From: Spirochaetia bacterium
GTDB taxonomy: Bacteria; Spirochaetota; Spirochaetia; CADAEX01
Length of the DNA stretch: 64,000 nucleotides
Reading direction: 5' to 3'
NCBI GenBank assembly: GCA_963662265.2
Contig: CAXXHA010000011.1
Location: 96,001 to 160,000 of the forward strand
How positions within the stretch are numbered: position 1 is the stretch's first letter; each line of letters opens with the position of its first letter. Below are positions 60,666 through 64,000 of this stretch, in pieces. The translations under genes and the position numbers were made by a program. Under the pieces are notes generated by a model. It was given only the letters and a program-made list of their open reading frames with translations, was not told where the DNA came from and searched no databases.

Positions 60666-61340
60666 ATGAGTTTGCTAGAAATAAGAAACCTTGTGAAAAT
60701 TTATGACAACGGGTCAGAAGAACTTAAAATTCTGAATAATATTGATCTTGATCTCGATAGAGGAGACAACCTTGTCATAACCGGAGAGAGCGGCTGCGGT
60801 AAAAGCACGCTTCTTAATATAATCGGTTCGCTTGATAAGGCGCAGAGCGGAACTGTAAGGGTAGGTGATACTTTTGTATCAGAGCTTAAAGAGGAAGATC
60901 TTTACAGCTACAGGAATAATACGGTTGGATTTATTTTCCAGTTTCATTACCTTTTAAAAGAACTCACAGCTGTTGAAAACGTGATGTTCCCACTCTTTAT
61001 ATCAGGTGTGCCCAGGAAAGAGGCGATTGATAAGGCTGAGCACCTTCTGGAGCGGGTTAATCTGTACGGCAGGAAGGATCATTATTCAAGACAGCTGTCA
61101 GGCGGAGAAAGGCAGAGAGTTGCTGTTGCAAGGGCAATGATAAATGATCCTGAACTGATACTTGCAGATGAACCGACAGGAAACCTTGATGCAGACAATT
61201 CTGATATTGTGGAAAACCTTCTATTCAGGCTTGTGGAGGAAAACAATACAACACTGGTGCTGGTGACACATGATGCAGCTATTGCAAAAAGGGGCAGCAG
61301 GCGAATTACAATAGACAAGGGAAATCTGCACATATTATGA
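60666..61340 (+). CDS. lolD: Lipoprotein-releasing ABC ATPase
   Basis: GESGCGKSTL, GFIFQFHYLL, LSGGERQR, ADEPTGNLD. Confidence 0.9.
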   Translation: MSLLEIRNLVKIYDNGSEELKILNNIDLDLDRGDNLVITGESGCGKSTLLNIIGSLDKAQSGTVRVGDTFVSELKEEDLYSYRNNTVGFIFQFHYLLKELTAVENVMFPLFISGVPRKEAIDKAEHLLERVNLYGRKDHYSRQLSGGERQRVAVARAMINDPELILADEPTGNLDADNSDIVENLLFRLVEENNTTLVLVTHDAAIAKRGSRRITIDKGNLHIL

Positions 61341-62641
61341 GAATACGGGGGCCTATATACCTTTCCTTTAAAAATATATACAAAAGCCGGAAAAGCGACC
61401 TGTTCAGGCACATAAGGGGAGCTGTGCTCGGAATTGCACTCAGCCTGATACCTCTCATAGTAGTGCTTCAGATATCAGACGGAATGATTCAGGGAATTAC
61501 AGGCAGGTATATTGAAATAGGAAGCTATCATTTTCAGGTTAAACAGCTGTCAAGAAGGTCTGAGTATACTTTTTCCGAAATTGCCGAAATTGTTAATAAA
61601 AATGATCATGTTGAAAATGCATTTGTTTTTATTACAGGAACATCTCTCGCATATACTGAACATGGGAGAACAGGTCTTGCCATCCGCGGAATTCCTGAAA
61701 ATCTGTACAGAAACGACAGCAGTATGAAAAAATACCTTGAAGTTGTGGCTGGGGAATTTGACCTGTCTGATGACAGAAATATTGTACTTTCGGCAACTAT
61801 TGCAGAAAAACTGGGAGCGGAAGCAGGTGATGAACTTAAAATCCTCACTGCCTATTCTCTTCCCGGGCGGCCTCCGCTTTTAAAACCGTCCCGGTTCAAG
61901 GTACAGGGTATTGTGACAACCGGTTACAATGATCTGGATGATACTGTTGTATTTATAAAAGATACAAGGGCTGAGAGAATATTCAGGGACAATAACAGCC
62001 GGAGAGTAGGAATAAAGGTTAAAAACCCGTATAAAAACACTGCAGCTGTGGGGAGGTCAATAAAATCTTCAATACCTCCCGAATATTTCCTCATGAGCTG
62101 GGAAAGGATAAATTACACTTTCTACAAGAGTCTTGAAACAACAAAAAAACTTCTTATTTTTATTATGTTCCTGATTCTTGGAGTTGCATCTGTTAACATA
62201 TCCTCTTCAATGATTATGATGGTTCATTCTGCAAGGAAAGAGATTGCAGTTCTGAAAAGTGTAGGTGTTTCATCTTCAGAAATTGTTCTTACATACATGA
62301 TTACAGGCTTTTTCATAGGCGCATCAGGGACTTTTGCAGGTACTGTCACAGGTATTATGTGTTCCCTTAAAATCAATGAAATAATAAATTTCATCGAAGT
62401 AATGCTTAATAAATCAAATTATATAATCTGGAAAATAACCGGGAGCTTCACAGGAGTCTCATATAACCCGTATAAAATACTGAATTCAGGATATTACCTG
62501 GAAAAAATACCTGTTAATCTTAATTTTACTGAGATATACCTGGTTGCTGTTGTATCTGTATTGCTTGCAGTAGGCGCATCGTGTATTCCGTCATTAAAGG
62601 CGGGAAAAATCAGGCCTGTTGAAATATTTCAGAAATACTGA
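61337..62641 (+). CDS. Lipoprotein-releasing ABC permease LolC/E
   Basis: GIALSL..LIVV, periplasmic domain, KEIAVLKSVG FtsX-type domain. Confidence 0.88.
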   Translation: MRIRGPIYLSFKNIYKSRKSDLFRHIRGAVLGIALSLIPLIVVLQISDGMIQGITGRYIEIGSYHFQVKQLSRRSEYTFSEIAEIVNKNDHVENAFVFITGTSLAYTEHGRTGLAIRGIPENLYRNDSSMKKYLEVVAGEFDLSDDRNIVLSATIAEKLGAEAGDELKILTAYSLPGRPPLLKPSRFKVQGIVTTGYNDLDDTVVFIKDTRAERIFRDNNSRRVGIKVKNPYKNTAAVGRSIKSSIPPEYFLMSWERINYTFYKSLETTKKLLIFIMFLILGVASVNISSSMIMMVHSARKEIAVLKSVGVSSSEIVLTYMITGFFIGASGTFAGTVTGIMCSLKINEIINFIEVMLNKSNYIIWKITGSFTGVSYNPYKILNSGYYLEKIPVNLNFTEIYLVAVVSVLLAVGASCIPSLKAGKIRPVEIFQKY

Positions 62642-62909
62642 TTTTCCTGTTATTATCAGTTTTTCTGCATGGATATTTTGTAACAAGGGAATCTCTAAAA
62701 AATATTTTTCTCGACAAACAGTCCAATTTTTACTAATTTATAATTAAGATATAATAAGAGTTTTTTTATTTGCAATATTGGTAAAAGAAGCAGTCTATGA
62801 AACAGAAGCTTTTAAATGCTTAGATATTCATTATCTTATGGATAGCGGAATATTGCCTGAATAAGAATACTCATCTGAAGATCTGCAGGGGAATTACAGG
62901 CGGTAGTAA

Positions 62910-63410
62910 ATGAAATGCGATATTTGCGGCAGCAGCAAAGCTGTAATACATATTCAACAGATATTTGAAAATACAGAAATAAATATAAAAATATGTGAAA
63001 AATGCGCCCGGGATAAGGGGCTGACCCTCGATAACAGGGAAATAGGCAGAAACCTGAAAGTGCTTCTTTCAAATTTCGAGCAGATAAAAAAAGTAATAGA
63101 TACAAAGAATGAAAAAAGAAGGTGCCCGGTCTGCGGTACCGAGTTTAATGTCCTGAAAAAGGACTGCAGGGCAGGCTGTGCTTCATGCTACAGTGAATTT
63201 GAAAATTATCTTGAAAATTTTTACAAAAGCACTGCCGGAAGTTCGGAACACAAAGGTAAATATCCGGGAAAAGTTGCTCTTTTAATAAGAAAAAAACAGA
63301 ACTATGCAAGGCTGGAAAAGGAACTTGAAGATGCTGTCAGCAATGAAAATTATGAAAAGGCTGCTGTACTCAGAGACCGGATCAAGTTTATGGGAAATTA
63401 TATAGATTAG
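62910..63410 (+). CDS. mcsA: Protein-arginine kinase activator
   Basis: Four CxxC motifs, HKGKYP, C-terminal UVR domain (ENYEKAAVLRD). Confidence 0.88.
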   Translation: MKCDICGSSKAVIHIQQIFENTEINIKICEKCARDKGLTLDNREIGRNLKVLLSNFEQIKKVIDTKNEKRRCPVCGTEFNVLKKDCRAGCASCYSEFENYLENFYKSTAGSSEHKGKYPGKVALLIRKKQNYARLEKELEDAVSNENYEKAAVLRDRIKFMGNYID

Positions 63411-63413
63411 AAG

Positions 63414-64000
63414 ATGAGTAATAAAATAAAACTAAACAACAGGGGCTGGTTCACTGAAGAGGGATCTGAAAATGATGTAATAGTTTACAGCAGGATCAGT
63501 TTAAGCCGGAACATCAGGGAAACAGTCTTTCCTGCAAACATGGACAGGGAAACTGAAGAAAAATTTTACAGAGAAATAAGGACTGCTGTCGATAATCTTG
63601 ATAAGGGCAGTTTTTTTCATTTTTCAAAGCTTGACTACGATGCGAGGAAGCTTCTTTCCGAGAGGCACTATATCAAGGGTGGCGCTTCATTTGAAAGGGA
63701 CCCTGCAGTTTATATAACTGATGATGAAAAATATCTGATTGTTTTCAACCAGGATGATCATGTGATGATTAAATCATTCCGGGCAGGACTTGATTTACGT
63801 AAAGCATATAATAACTGCAATCTTGCGGATAATCTGCTTGAAGAGAAGCTCAGTTATGCCTGGTCTTCCAAATTCGGTTATCTCACATCTGACCTGACAG
63901 CTGCAGGCACAGGTCTTAAAAGCTCGGTAATGCTTTTTCTACCTGCAATAACAAGGACAGGGAAAATCGACAAGGTTATGAAGGATGTTATGCAGTCAGG
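63414..64000 (+). CDS. mcsB: McsB-like ATP:guanido phosphotransferase, divergent, partial (runs off the window edge)
   Basis: Manual translation ...DVIVYSRISLSRNI...FP...LSERH...FNQDDH...FGYLTSDLTAAGTGLKSSVMLFLPA; directly follows mcsA. Confidence 0.8.
   Translation, partial: MSNKIKLNNRGWFTEEGSENDVIVYSRISLSRNIRETVFPANMDRETEEKFYREIRTAVDNLDKGSFFHFSKLDYDARKLLSERHYIKGGASFERDPAVYITDDEKYLIVFNQDDHVMIKSFRAGLDLRKAYNNCNLADNLLEEKLSYAWSSKFGYLTSDLTAAGTGLKSSVMLFLPAITRTGKIDKVMKDVMQS

Noticed and set aside
62642-62909. CIRCE or CtsR box upstream of mcsA
   Set aside because: Neither TTAGCACTC-N9-GAGTGCTAA nor tandem GTCAAA repeats are present

Overview
This AT-rich, gene-dense chromosomal window most likely comes from a free-living spirochaete. 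The evidence is spirochaete-style signal peptides and lipoboxes, a type-2 IleRS, and the prfB-PEGA-ftsY-lolCDE and rnf neighbourhoods. The left ~16 kb is accessory metabolism: a LacI-type sugar ABC operon with a divergent PfkB kinase, asparaginase, a papain-like protease, a DeoR regulator with an Fbp/Afu-type ABC importer, and a MocR/EamA pair. The rest is mostly core genes: murE, queD, an orphan adenine methyltransferase, arfB, DHH and HD-GYP phosphodiesterases, tRNA-Phe, ileS, hisHF, ybaK, thiI/iscS, hrpA, hisS, pcnB, rluA, a complete rnfCDGEAB operon, prfB with its programmed +1 frameshift, cheY, ftsY, lolCDE and mcsA-mcsB. I see no prophage, IS element or bona fide CRISPR array. The most notable observations are: (1) an orphan Cas2-like gene leading the prfB operon, with a two-copy palindromic 34-bp repeat about 3 kb downstream; (2) DeoR-type operators at a likely sugar-phosphate importer; (3) a queD-DNA methyltransferase pair; (4) degenerate McsB and GH57 active sites; (5) many apparently leaderless genes; (6) structured leaders upstream of ileS and fmdB. 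Frameshifts in rsxC and across about 54.9-56.9 kb are probably sequencing errors. All functional calls come from motif reading; no database searches were run.
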